32,000 nt of DNA. Origin: Candidatus Iainarchaeum sp. GTDB lineage: Archaea; Iainarchaeota; Iainarchaeia; Iainarchaeales; JAZDEL01. The translations under genes were made by a program, and so were the position numbers. Every line of letters starts with the position of its first letter. Positions within the stretch are counted from its first letter, which is position 1. The stretch lies in NCBI GenBank assembly GCA_043808785.1, contig JAZDEL010000004.1, positions 150,001 to 182,000 on the forward strand, given 5' to 3'. Under the pieces are notes generated by a model. It saw only the letters and a program-made list of their open reading frames with translations. It searched no databases and had not been told where the DNA came from. This document shows positions 6,924 to 15,258 of this stretch, piece after piece.

Positions 6924-7793
6924 TCATGCTATTAACGCAAGCGCAACGCCTGCGGCAAGCGCGATTGCGGCGCCCGCATACTGGTGCGCGGATATTTTTT
7001 CCCGGTTTATGAGAACCCCGAGGAGAAGGCCGACAGTGGTGTAATTCACCATTATCGCCGCGACTATTGCGAGCTTGTTATCCACAAGCGCAACCGTGAA
7101 AAGCAGCCAGCCGATGGTGTCGAAGAAACCCGTCGCGAGCAGAAGGCGCGGGGAAGAGAAGAAGTTTTTCCTGAAACTGCCGAAGCCGCGGCGCAGAAAT
7201 ATTAGGAGGAGCGGGGCTGCGGCAAGCACGAGCCAGATGAACCAAACGCTGATTGCGGGGGAGGCCTGCCTTGCGCCGAGCGTCAGGAGATAGTTCATTA
7301 TTGCAAAGCTTGCAGCGCTCGCCACGGCAAGGAGGGCGCCTTTCTCAAGGTTTCCTGAAAAAATCGCCGCGGAAAGGGAGGAAACGGAAACAAGCAGCAC
7401 GCCCGCGAAAACAATTGCGATTGCGGCAAACTGCACAAGGGAAAGCGCCTCCCCGAGCAGGGTTGTGCTCAGGAGCACGGTAAGCGGCAGTTCAAGCGCG
7501 AAAACGACCATTACAATTGAAAGTTTTCCCTCCCCCAGCGCCCTGAAAGTAATCATGGAACTTGCAAGGGCAAACAGGCCGAGGAATAGGAGCAGCGCAA
7601 GGTTCTGCGGCACGAGAAGGAGGTGCATATCCTGCAGCGCGAGAGGGAGCAGCATTATAGTGCCCGTTACCGCTATGAAAGCGAGCGCGTGCACCCTGCC
7701 TACCCTGCGCACGCTGCGCTGTATAAGGAAGTCCCCGAGGCCCCATGCGAGCATGGCGCCGAATGCCGCGAGAATGCCGAAATCGAAAGCCAT
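6924..7793 (-). CDS. EamA/DMT-family transporter
   Basis: Ten predicted TM helices in two EamA-like halves. Start MAFDFGIL (7793) is preferred because the shared A/T box ATTAATAT (7842-7849) is too close to the ATG at 7838. Confidence 0.8.
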   Translation of the reverse strand: MAFDFGILAAFGAMLAWGLGDFLIQRSVRRVGRVHALAFIAVTGTIMLLPLALQDMHLLLVPQNLALLLFLGLFALASSMITFRALGEGKLSIVMVVFALELPLTVLLSTTLLGEALSLVQFAAIAIVFAGVLLVSVSSLSAAIFSGNLEKGALLAVASAASFAIMNYLLTLGARQASPAISVWFIWLVLAAAPLLLIFLRRGFGSFRKNFFSSPRLLLATGFFDTIGWLLFTVALVDNKLAIVAAIMVNYTTVGLLLGVLINREKISAHQYAGAAIALAAGVALALIA

Positions 7794-7864
7794 GCGGAAC
7801 ACAATAAAGTGCGGCGCAGTCTTTTTTAAACCTAACACAGCATATTAATCGGTTCGTGGTTTGC

Positions 7865-8992
7865 ATGGAGCTTGCGAAATTAAGGAAACCGCTGATGGTA
7901 ACCGTTACCGTTGCCGCGGTCGCGGTTTTCCTGTACTATTACGGGAAGCTCCTGCTGACGCTCACATACGAGCAGTTCCTGAACGAGCAGGCGGTTGCGG
8001 CCCTAATGCCGCAGTTCCTCAGTTTTGCCGCGCTTATCATAGGGACTGAAATATTCCTCATAATTTCAAGGTTCGCGCTCGCAAGGTACCTCGAAGCGCA
8101 TTACGGGAAGAGGGAGGTGAAGCTGCTGCTGGGCATATACACGTATGTTGCATGGGGCTTTGTGGCGATAATCATAATTGCCGGCTTCTTCAAGGATGTC
8201 GGCGCGCTTCTTACGTCGCTCGGGCTGATAGGTTTCGGCCTGACGCTCGCGCTGCAGAAGCCGATACTCAATTTGGTGGGCTGGCTCACGATATTCCTCA
8301 CCGACCCGTTCACCGTGGGGGAGAGGATAGAGGTTTCGAGCGTGAGGGGCGACGTTCTTGCGGTAAAAACGATGTACACCAGGCTGCAGGGCACGAGGGT
8401 GAATTCCCAGCAGAAGACGGAGACGATAATAACGATCCCTAACGAGTTCATACTCACGAACGCCGTAATCAACTACTCGAGGATGAACGACCAGTACACC
8501 GACGACATAACCTTTTCGATAACCTACGAGAGCAACTGGAAGAAGGCTTCGGAAATAATCGAGAGGGCCGCGCTGGACGTTACGCTGAAATACATACAGG
8601 ACGCGCCGAAGACAAGGGCTGAGAAGCTCGCGTGGCAGCAGGCGCTCAGGCTCCTGCGCGAGGCGCCGAAGAAAATAAGGAAGGGGTTCACAAGGGAAAC
8701 CGACGAGGGCGTGGAAACCGTGAAGGCGGCGGACGGTACGGCGCTGCCGGAAATCCCGAAGCCGAACGTGCTTGTCACGCTGGGGGCTTCGTCCATAGAC
8801 CTGAACGTGACTTACAAGACTTATTTGCGCGCGATAAGGGCCACAAAGAACGAGGTTACCAGGCGGGTCGTGGACGAGTTCGACAAGGCGAAGGATATAG
8901 AGTTCGCGTACCCGCACATGGAGATTGTGGCGGGCGACAAGAGCAAGTCGAGGAAGGGCGCGGGCAAGAGCATACTCGCGTATTCGGAGTGA
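7865..8992 (+). CDS. mechanosensitive ion channel (MscS family)
   Basis: TM helices, then the MscS beta-domain signature PFTVGERIEVSSVRGDVLAVKTMYTRLQG...ITIPNE. The ATG at 7865 is about 20 nt downstream of the TATA-like box. Confidence 0.85.
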   Translation: MELAKLRKPLMVTVTVAAVAVFLYYYGKLLLTLTYEQFLNEQAVAALMPQFLSFAALIIGTEIFLIISRFALARYLEAHYGKREVKLLLGIYTYVAWGFVAIIIIAGFFKDVGALLTSLGLIGFGLTLALQKPILNLVGWLTIFLTDPFTVGERIEVSSVRGDVLAVKTMYTRLQGTRVNSQQKTETIITIPNEFILTNAVINYSRMNDQYTDDITFSITYESNWKKASEIIERAALDVTLKYIQDAPKTRAEKLAWQQALRLLREAPKKIRKGFTRETDEGVETVKAADGTALPEIPKPNVLVTLGASSIDLNVTYKTYLRAIRATKNEVTRRVVDEFDKAKDIEFAYPHMEIVAGDKSKSRKGAGKSILAYSE

Positions 8993-9029
8993 GCGCCTGC
9001 GTGCGCCCATTGACAGCGGGGCAAATGGC

Positions 9030-9797
9030 ATGTTTGTCGATTCTCACTGCCACCTTGACTGGTTCGGGGAGGAGGCGGGGAAGGTTCTTGCGCGCGCCGG
9101 GGAAAAAGACGTGCGCGCGGTTGTTTCCTGCGCGACAAATCCGGAATCGATAGCAAAAAACCTCGCGCTCGCGCAAAAATTTTCGCGCGGGAAGTGCGGG
9201 GTTTTTGTTTGCCTTGGCCTGCACCCCTCGGATTTGCTGAGGATGAAGAAGGCGGAAATAGAGGCTGGAATTGAAAGCGTGCGAAAAAACTGCGGCGCGC
9301 GCGGGGTTGTGGGGGCGGGGGAAGTGGGGCTCGATTACAAGCACGCAACCGCGCCCGCCCAAAAGAAAAAACAGCAAAAGGTTTTCGCCGAGTTCATTCA
9401 AATTGCAAAAGAAAAAAATTTGCCATTGGTTGTGCACTCAAGGTTCGCCGAGCGTGAGACAATGGAACTGCTGCGGAAACACCGCGCGGAGCGCGTGGTT
9501 ATGCACTGGTTCACGAATAGTGTGCAGAGCGTGAAGACGGCGGAGGATTTGGGCTTCTTTTACACCGCGGGGCCCGCAATTCTGCATTACGCTGATGCCG
9601 CGAAGGTTGCGGCAAAGATGCGGCTTGAAAACCTGATGCTTGAGACGGATGCGCCCGTGGAGTTCGCGGGGAAGAGGGCGGAACCCTCTTGGATTCCGCG
9701 CTTAGCGGAAAAGGCGGCGGAACTGCACGGAACAAAGGCTGCGGAAATTGAAAAAACAACAACAAAAAACGCAAAGGCGTTTTTTGGCTTTGCTTAG
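9030..9797 (+). CDS. TatD-family metal-dependent hydrolase
   Basis: MFVDSHCHLDW start motif, GEVGLDY, VVHSR, METDAP. Confidence 0.9.
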   Translation: MFVDSHCHLDWFGEEAGKVLARAGEKDVRAVVSCATNPESIAKNLALAQKFSRGKCGVFVCLGLHPSDLLRMKKAEIEAGIESVRKNCGARGVVGAGEVGLDYKHATAPAQKKKQQKVFAEFIQIAKEKNLPLVVHSRFAERETMELLRKHRAERVVMHWFTNSVQSVKTAEDLGFFYTAGPAILHYADAAKVAAKMRLENLMLETDAPVEFAGKRAEPSWIPRLAEKAAELHGTKAAEIEKTTTKNAKAFFGFA

Positions 9798-9872
9798 GGC
9801 GCGGCAAACGCGAAGGTGTTTCTCGGCAGTTGGGGGCAAGGTTTTAATACAGCCTAAGACAATAATTCTGCG

Positions 9873-10124
9873 ATGCACACCGCAAGCATAAGGTTCGAAA
9901 TTCCCGTAAAGGGCGTCCGGGGCAGGGAACTGCTCGGCTTAATTCAGGATTACTTCGACGAGCGGAAGCTGGAGCCGCTGAGGTTTGCGATTGTGAAAGC
10001 CGCGCGCGGCAAGGCGTGGGTTGAAGCGGTTGTGATGGTCGAGGATGCGCCGCACGCGCACCCGAAAATGAGGCGCAAAGGGAAGCACAAAACCGTGCTG
10101 CGCATGCGAAAAAAGAAAAGGTGA
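9873..10124 (+). CDS. hypothetical small basic protein
   Basis: ORF starts 30 nt downstream of GGTTTTAATAC (9841-9851). Highly basic C-terminal tail. No family recognised. Confidence 0.4.
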   Translation: MHTASIRFEIPVKGVRGRELLGLIQDYFDERKLEPLRFAIVKAARGKAWVEAVVMVEDAPHAHPKMRRKGKHKTVLRMRKKKR

Positions 10125-10172
10125 AAATTTGGCGGGCGGGTTTGGCGCGGCAGGATGCGGAAGGTGAACCGA

Positions 10173-11174
10173 ATGGCGGACAGGTTTGTTGCGGTTCATG
10201 TCGTTCCAACCGGCGTAAGGGCAAGCGTCGGCGGATATGTCGGCGATGCGACGCCCGCGACAAACAAAATGGCGGAAGTCTGCGACAGGATGATTGTGCA
10301 TCCCAATGTTGTGAACGGGGTGATGCTTAACTGCGCGCGGGAGAACGTGCTTTATGCGGAGGGCTACGCATTAGACCGCTTCTTTCTGGGGGAAATCGCA
10401 TTGCGTGAAGTGAGGCGCAACAAAATCGGGGTTGTGCTCGATAAGGTTGACAAAAAGCACTACAACTTCGGCGTTAACCAGGTGAATGCGGTAATTTCGA
10501 ACAAGGGAATCGATGTTGTGGGGATTGGGGAAACAAGCGAGAAGGTAAAGGATTCCGTTTTCAGGAGCGAGGCTGGCGCCTTCATAGGGCAGATAGGGAA
10601 CCCCGAGGTTTTGTTTTCCGCAACGCAGAAACTCCTGCGCAAAGGCGCCGAGGTTATCTGCCTTTCCGTGAAAATAAACGTTTCGCACAAGCTGATGAAG
10701 GAATATTTCAGGGGGAAAATACCCAACCCTTACGGAGGCCTTGAGGCGATAATTTCGCACGCTGTTTCGAGGAAGTTCGGCATACCGTGCGCGCACGCGC
10801 CATTGCAGTTGTATTCAAACAAGATACACGAGTTCGGCATAGTGGATAAGCGCGGCGCTGCGGAAGCGGTTACGACTGCATATTTGGGGTGCGTGCTCCA
10901 AGGGTTGGACCGAACCCCAAAACTAGTGCCCATGAAAGAGGCGAAGTGGAACGATTTCAAGGTCACGGAGATTGATGCGCTCGTGTGCCCGTACAATGCG
11001 TTGGGCGGAGTGCCGATGCTCGCGTGCGAGAGGATGGGGATTCCGATAATTGCGGTTAAGGAGAACAGCACAATCCTCGGCGTGACGAAGGAGAAACTGG
11101 GGCTGAAGAATGTCGTGAAGGTTAAGAAATACGACGACGCGGTTAAGGTGCTCAGAAGGATGGCGCGAAGATAG
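10173..11174 (+). CDS. DUF3326-like protein
   Basis: N-terminal VVPTGVRASVGGYVGDATP resembles the DUF3326 signature as I recall it. SD GGAAGGTGA lies 7 nt before the ATG at 10173. Confidence 0.55.
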   Translation: MADRFVAVHVVPTGVRASVGGYVGDATPATNKMAEVCDRMIVHPNVVNGVMLNCARENVLYAEGYALDRFFLGEIALREVRRNKIGVVLDKVDKKHYNFGVNQVNAVISNKGIDVVGIGETSEKVKDSVFRSEAGAFIGQIGNPEVLFSATQKLLRKGAEVICLSVKINVSHKLMKEYFRGKIPNPYGGLEAIISHAVSRKFGIPCAHAPLQLYSNKIHEFGIVDKRGAAEAVTTAYLGCVLQGLDRTPKLVPMKEAKWNDFKVTEIDALVCPYNALGGVPMLACERMGIPIIAVKENSTILGVTKEKLGLKNVVKVKKYDDAVKVLRRMARR

Positions 11175-11180
11175 GCAAAT

Positions 11181-11474
11181 TCACTTCCGCACGAACAAAT
11201 TGCACTTGCAGTGCCCGTCCTTCTCGATTTCGGCCTTGTGCCAGAAGCAGGGGCAGATTTTCTTCACGTCTTCCGCCTTGTCCCCGACCAAAGGGCGGCA
11301 GGGGCAGTACCTTGCGCCGTGCTTTTCCTCGTTCTTGAGGAGGCCAGTGATTATCATATCCGTAATTTTATTATCTGGGTTCAGGCGGAACCCCGCGCGC
11401 CCGGCATAGAGCGCGGAATTTTTCTTCAGCGCCTCGGCTTTTTCGCTTTGCGCCTTCCCGATTTTTTTGGGCAT
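11181..11474 (-). CDS. ferredoxin:thioredoxin reductase catalytic-subunit-like protein (FTR/FDR family)
   Basis: Cys pattern CPCR ... CPC ... HCKCNLF matches the CPC/CHC 4Fe-4S plus redox-disulfide motifs of the FTR catalytic subunit. Leaderless ATG at 11474 lies about 27 nt from the A/T box at 11496-11506. Confidence 0.8.
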   Translation of the reverse strand: MPKKIGKAQSEKAEALKKNSALYAGRAGFRLNPDNKITDMIITGLLKNEEKHGARYCPCRPLVGDKAEDVKKICPCFWHKAEIEKDGHCKCNLFVRK

Positions 11475-11520
11475 GACAGCATTGTGCGGCACAAGCATTA
11501 AAAACGATACCTTTAAATAC

Positions 11521-11542
11521 ATTATGACCATATGGTCATAAT
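11521..11542. promoter_or_regulatory. perfect 22-bp palindrome (candidate operator) between the TATA box and the DUF134 start codon
   Basis: ATTATGACCATATGGTCATAAT equals its own reverse complement. TTTAAATA sits at 11512-11519 and the ATG at 11543. Confidence 0.6.
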
Positions 11543-11965
11543 ATGCCGAGGCCGAGGATGTTAAGGTTCGTGGACGCGGAACCCGGCGTTGATTATTTCA
11601 AGCCGAGCGGGATACCGCTTGCGGAGCTTGAGGAGGTTACGCTCAGCGTCGAGGAGATGGAGGCGCTGAGGCTCGAATTCATGGAGAAGATGGGCAAGGA
11701 GGATGCCGCAAAAAAGATGGGGATTTCGCGCACCACTTTCTGGCGCGTGCTGAGCAATGCGGGGGAAAAGGTTGCGGACGCGCTCACAAACGGAAAGGCG
11801 ATGAGGATAGAGGGCGGTGATTACGAAATCAGGGGCACGGGAAGGGGCGCACGCGGTTTCGGGCGAGGGGGCGCGGCTTTCGGCAATAGCCGCGGTTTCG
11901 GAAGGGGAATGAGGCGCGGAACCGGCGGCGGAAGAAACCGCGGAATGCACTGGAGAGGAGGCTAA
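11543..11965 (+). CDS. DUF134 (UPF0251) family predicted DNA-binding protein with RGG-rich tail
   Basis: MPRPRMLRFVDAEPGVDYFKPSGIP ... MGISRTTFWRVLSNAGEKVADALTNGKAMRIEGG is the canonical DUF134 pattern. The C-terminus has Gly/Arg repeats. Confidence 0.85.
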   Translation: MPRPRMLRFVDAEPGVDYFKPSGIPLAELEEVTLSVEEMEALRLEFMEKMGKEDAAKKMGISRTTFWRVLSNAGEKVADALTNGKAMRIEGGDYEIRGTGRGARGFGRGGAAFGNSRGFGRGMRRGTGGGRNRGMHWRGG

Positions 11966-11968
11966 AAC

Positions 11969-12127
11969 ATGGCGGATGGAAAAGGAAGAATGGGCGGAAA
12001 GGCGATAGGCACGGGCGGAACCTGCGTATGCATGGAGTGCGGATATACGGAAACGCACAACCGCGCAAGGCCGTGCAAGACTTGCGAGTGCCCTAAGTGC
12101 GGCGCATTGATGGCAAGAAAGGAATGA
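11969..12127 (+). CDS. small zinc-ribbon protein (52 aa, below track cutoff)
   Basis: Own translation: MADGKGRMGGKAIGTGGTCVCMECGYTETHNRARPCKTCECPKCGALMARKE, with two CxxC pairs. It starts 4 nt after the DUF134 stop, preceded by GGAGGAGG. As I recall, small proteins of this type often accompany DUF134. Confidence 0.6.
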   Translation: MADGKGRMGGKAIGTGGTCVCMECGYTETHNRARPCKTCECPKCGALMARKE

Positions 12128-12159
12128 AGATTAAGAAAAATGAAAAGGAGGTGAAAATT

Positions 12160-12402
12160 ATGCCTAATTGTGACGGAACAGGGCCTTTCGGCAATTTCAG
12201 GAACTGCGTTCCCGCGGGCGCGGAAAACGCCGCGGGGTTCGGCGCGGGCTACGGCAGGGGCGCTGGCAGGGGCATGGGTGCGAGGCGCATGCGCAGGCTC
12301 GCTTATGCGCAGGCCGAACCCATGGACAGGGATGCGGAACTTGAAGCGCTGAGAAGGGAACTGAACGATATAAAGAAAAGGCTTGGCGCGCTGGATAAAT
12401 GA
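12160..12402 (+). CDS. DUF5320-like protein
   Basis: MPNCDGTGPFG start, a Gly/Arg-rich middle and a C-terminal coiled coil (ELEALRRELNDIKKRL) match the DUF5320 layout. SD AGGAGGTGA lies upstream of the ATG at 12160. Confidence 0.7.
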   Translation: MPNCDGTGPFGNFRNCVPAGAENAAGFGAGYGRGAGRGMGARRMRRLAYAQAEPMDRDAELEALRRELNDIKKRLGALDK

Positions 12403-13166
12403 GTGCAAAATGCGCGGTGTTTGGAATGGACACTCTCCTGCTCATAATCCTCGCAACCGTGGCGGACAGCCTTGTCGCGCTTGCGGGAATTTTTACGCTC
12501 GCGTTCAGCAGGGAGACCCTGAAGAAGGTGCTGTTCGCGCTTGTCGGCTTTTCCGCGGGCGCGCTGCTTGCGGGGGCGTTCTTCCATTTGATTGCTGAGT
12601 CTCTCACGGAGATGCCGGTGGACACGGTTTTCACATATGTGTTCGCGGGGTTCGTGCTGTTCTTCATAATCGAAAGGTTCCTGCACTGGCACCACTGCCA
12701 CAAGGGCGAGTGCGAGGTGCACACCTTCAGTTACATGGTGCTCATAGGTGACGCGATACACAACTTCATCGACGGGCTGATAATCGCCGCGGGATTTACC
12801 GTAAGCGCGGGGTTCGGCGCGGTGACAACCCTGCTCATAATAGCGCACGAGGTTCCGCAGGAGATAGGGAATTTCGGCGTGCTTGTTCACGGGGGCTTCG
12901 GCAGGGGAAAGGCTCTGCTCTACAACCTCCTTGCGCAGGCCACATGCATCCTCGGCGGAATTTTCGGGTTTTTCATGGCGCAAAGCGCCGCCGGGGTTGC
13001 GGAAACCCTCCTGCCTTTCGCGGCGGGCGGGTTCATTTACATCGCGGCAAGCGATTTGATACCGGAACTTCACAGGGAAGCGGACATAAGGCGCGCGGCG
13101 GGGGCGTTTGTGTTCTTCCTGCTCGGCGCGGGGTTCATGTTCTGGATGAAGGCCGCTTTGGGGTAG
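12399..13166 (+). CDS. ZIP-family divalent metal transporter
   Basis: HNFIDGL and HEVPQEIGNFGVL motifs. The start overlaps the previous stop (ATGA). Confidence 0.9.
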   Translation: MSAKCAVFGMDTLLLIILATVADSLVALAGIFTLAFSRETLKKVLFALVGFSAGALLAGAFFHLIAESLTEMPVDTVFTYVFAGFVLFFIIERFLHWHHCHKGECEVHTFSYMVLIGDAIHNFIDGLIIAAGFTVSAGFGAVTTLLIIAHEVPQEIGNFGVLVHGGFGRGKALLYNLLAQATCILGGIFGFFMAQSAAGVAETLLPFAAGGFIYIAASDLIPELHREADIRRAAGAFVFFLLGAGFMFWMKAALG

Positions 13167-13174
13167 GTGCCTGA

Positions 13175-14293
13175 ATGCGGAAATTTGCTTTTGCAATTGC
13201 GGCGCTCCTTGCCCTGCTCCTGCTCGTGCAGCAGGCATCCGCGGAAGAGGGAACTGTATGCGCGTACTTTTTTTACAGCAACGGCTGCCCATACAGCGCC
13301 GCGGTTAACAAATACATGAGCGGGGAAATCGAGCCAAGGTACCCGAACCTTGATTTCAGGCGCATTGAAGTGGGCGGAAATGGAATAATGGAAATGGGCG
13401 AAAACGGAAAACTGCAGCTTAAATTCAACGATGAGTACGGCTTCCCCCGGGGTGCGCGGGACTCGGTGCCGCTTGTTTTTATAGGCGGCAAGTACCTGAT
13501 ATGGAAGCACGGGGTAATGGAAAATATCGAGGCTGAGATAAAGGCGTGCTCCGCCCGCGGCGGATGCGATTGCCCGAGTGCGGGGGACGGGATTCCGCAG
13601 GAGTTTTCCGCTGGCGGGCTTGTTTCGCTGGCTGCGGCGGATGCACTTAACCTGTGTGCGATTGCACTGATTGCATTATTTATTGCCGCAATCCTCTTAA
13701 GGGCGGGGAAAGGGCGGAAAAATGCCCTGCACTCGGGGCTTGCATTCAGTGCCGCGGTTTTCATGATGTATTTTGCGTTCGGGCTGCTGCTTATGTCCGG
13801 GTTCAGGGCAGGCCTCGGGTTTATGCGCCTTGGGAGTACGTGGCTGCATGCCGCGCTCGGCGCGGTTTTGGTGCTGTTCGGCCTGCTGGGCGCAACAAGC
13901 ACATGGCGCGGCTGGGGAAGGATTGCCTCAAATTTGTCAAAGGACATCGGGGCATTTGGGGGGCGCATAACGAAGGATACTACCGCCACATGGGGCGCGT
14001 TTGTTGCGGGCATTGCCGCGAGTTTCTTCCTTACGCCCTGCACCGCGGGCAGGTATGTTTTCGCAGCGGAAATGCTTTCGCACCTGAGGCTGTCGCAGGC
14101 ACTGCCTTACCTGTTCATTTACGTGTGCATATTCATGATTCCTATGCTGGCTGCAACTCTGATTGCGCACGTTTTAATCGGGCAGAAAAAGCGTGCCGAA
14201 GGCGAGATGCTACGCAGAATGAAAGTCCTGCGCATTGCCATAGGCGTGCTCCTGATTGCAATTGGCGCCGCAATGGTGCTGGGGCTTGTATAG
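13175..14293 (+). CDS. fusion of an extracytoplasmic thioredoxin-like domain (CPYS) with a CcdA/DsbD-type thiol-disulfide transporter
   Basis: Signal peptide, YFFYSNGCPYS ... VPLVFIGG (thioredoxin/glutaredoxin-like fold), then a 6-TM domain with membrane Cys residues (LNLCAIAL, LTPCTAG). Confidence 0.7.
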   Translation: MRKFAFAIAALLALLLLVQQASAEEGTVCAYFFYSNGCPYSAAVNKYMSGEIEPRYPNLDFRRIEVGGNGIMEMGENGKLQLKFNDEYGFPRGARDSVPLVFIGGKYLIWKHGVMENIEAEIKACSARGGCDCPSAGDGIPQEFSAGGLVSLAAADALNLCAIALIALFIAAILLRAGKGRKNALHSGLAFSAAVFMMYFAFGLLLMSGFRAGLGFMRLGSTWLHAALGAVLVLFGLLGATSTWRGWGRIASNLSKDIGAFGGRITKDTTATWGAFVAGIAASFFLTPCTAGRYVFAAEMLSHLRLSQALPYLFIYVCIFMIPMLAATLIAHVLIGQKKRAEGEMLRRMKVLRIAIGVLLIAIGAAMVLGLV

Positions 14294-14364
14294 GGTCGTT
14301 TTATATACAAGAATGCGCAACTAATTAAAACCCTGCAAAGGGCAAAAACCAACGGAGGCTAAAC

Positions 14365-14811
14365 ATGAAATTCAACTTAAAGGGCACTATTATCGGCGGA
14401 GTGCTCGGGGGAATTGCGGCACTGGTTGTCGGGTTCGTGTTCAACTTTGTTTGGAGCGCGATTTTCCCGAAATATATGTCGCTCATGTCGGAACTCGGCG
14501 GACTGCGCCCATATGAAGACCCGCTGATGACTGTGTTCATTTTCGGCCAGCCTTTTGTTTTCGCTCTCGCGATGGCGATAGCATACAACTGGATGAAGCC
14601 CGCATGCGTGTGCGGGAAGGAGGGGAAGTGCAACAGGATGTGCAGGGGCGCTATTTACGGCGCGCTTGTATGGTTCGTTGCGCAGGTGCCTGCTGCGTTC
14701 ACAATCTATACAAGCATGGACTATCCGCTGCTGGTTGTTGCGGGCTGGCTGATAGGGCCGCTGTTCACCTACCCGATTGCGGGAATGATAATAGCGAAGT
14801 TTGCGGAGTGA
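14365..14811 (+). CDS. hypothetical membrane protein with Cys-rich loop (CVCGKEGKCNRMC)
   Basis: TATA TTTTATATAC (14298-14307), SD GGAGG, four hydrophobic segments. Confidence 0.6.
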   Translation: MKFNLKGTIIGGVLGGIAALVVGFVFNFVWSAIFPKYMSLMSELGGLRPYEDPLMTVFIFGQPFVFALAMAIAYNWMKPACVCGKEGKCNRMCRGAIYGALVWFVAQVPAAFTIYTSMDYPLLVVAGWLIGPLFTYPIAGMIIAKFAE

Positions 14812-15027
14812 ATGCCTGTGGGGCTTCGAAGCAAAATAAAAACAAACTGGCAAATTGCAAAGATGTTCCGCGGGGACGGCTTTACGACAAACCAGTTGGA
14901 TAAAGAAGGAAAGTTGCACGAAGCCAGCCCTTTTGTTTACAGGCCGTTCGCTTTCATCCAGGGGCTCGCCCATAAATTAAGGAAGGGGCCGGGCACGGGA
15001 AAAAGCTCGGCGGCGAGAGGGAAATAG
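14812..15027 (+). CDS. possible small protein
   Basis: ATG directly follows the stop of the previous gene (TGAATG). No family and no other support. Confidence 0.25.
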   Translation: MPVGLRSKIKTNWQIAKMFRGDGFTTNQLDKEGKLHEASPFVYRPFAFIQGLAHKLRKGPGTGKSSAARGK

Positions 15028-15060
15028 CATTAAAAACCTATTTCCCCCAATTTCTATTCA

Positions 15061-15123
15061 GTGCAGGCTAGTTCGGGTGAGCCCCGAGGCGAACCCGTAC
15101 GGATCGTGCACGGATCCCTCCGT
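15061..15123 (+). ncRNA. conserved 63-nt structured leader module abutting tRNA +1 (copy B)
   Basis: Aligns along its whole length with 2044-2106, including an identical 18-mer CGGATCGTGCACGGATCC. ATTAAAAACC lies about 27 nt upstream of its first G. Confidence 0.5.
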
Positions 15124-15258
15124 GCCCCGGTAGTCTAGCGGTTAGGATGCGGCCCTGTCGGAACTTTTGGGGGCGCGGGGTTCTTGAAACCCCGCTTCCG
15201 AAAAGTTCACAAAAGTTGCGGTGAGGCTGCGACTCGGGTTCGAATCCCGGCCGGGGCG
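15124..15258 (+). tRNA. tRNA-Asp(GUC) with a 63-nt intron at 37/38 (15161-15223)
   Basis: Hand fold of all four arms:
- Acceptor GCCCCGG/CCGGGGC, with G73.
- D-arm GTCT-AGCGGTTA-GGAT.
- Anticodon stem CGGCC/GGCTG, loop CT-GTC-G|A.
- T-arm TCGGG-TTCGAAT-CCCGG. Confidence 0.8.

Noticed and set aside
8066-9031. 321-aa minus-strand ORF
   Set aside because: It lies entirely antisense to the well-supported MscS gene. It is extremely Arg/Leu/Pro-rich, as expected for a shadow frame of GC-rich coding DNA, and has no start context.
12303-13292. 329-aa minus-strand ORF
   Set aside because: It is antisense to the ZIP transporter (clear HEVPQE motif) and DUF5320 genes. Its composition is typical of a shadow frame.
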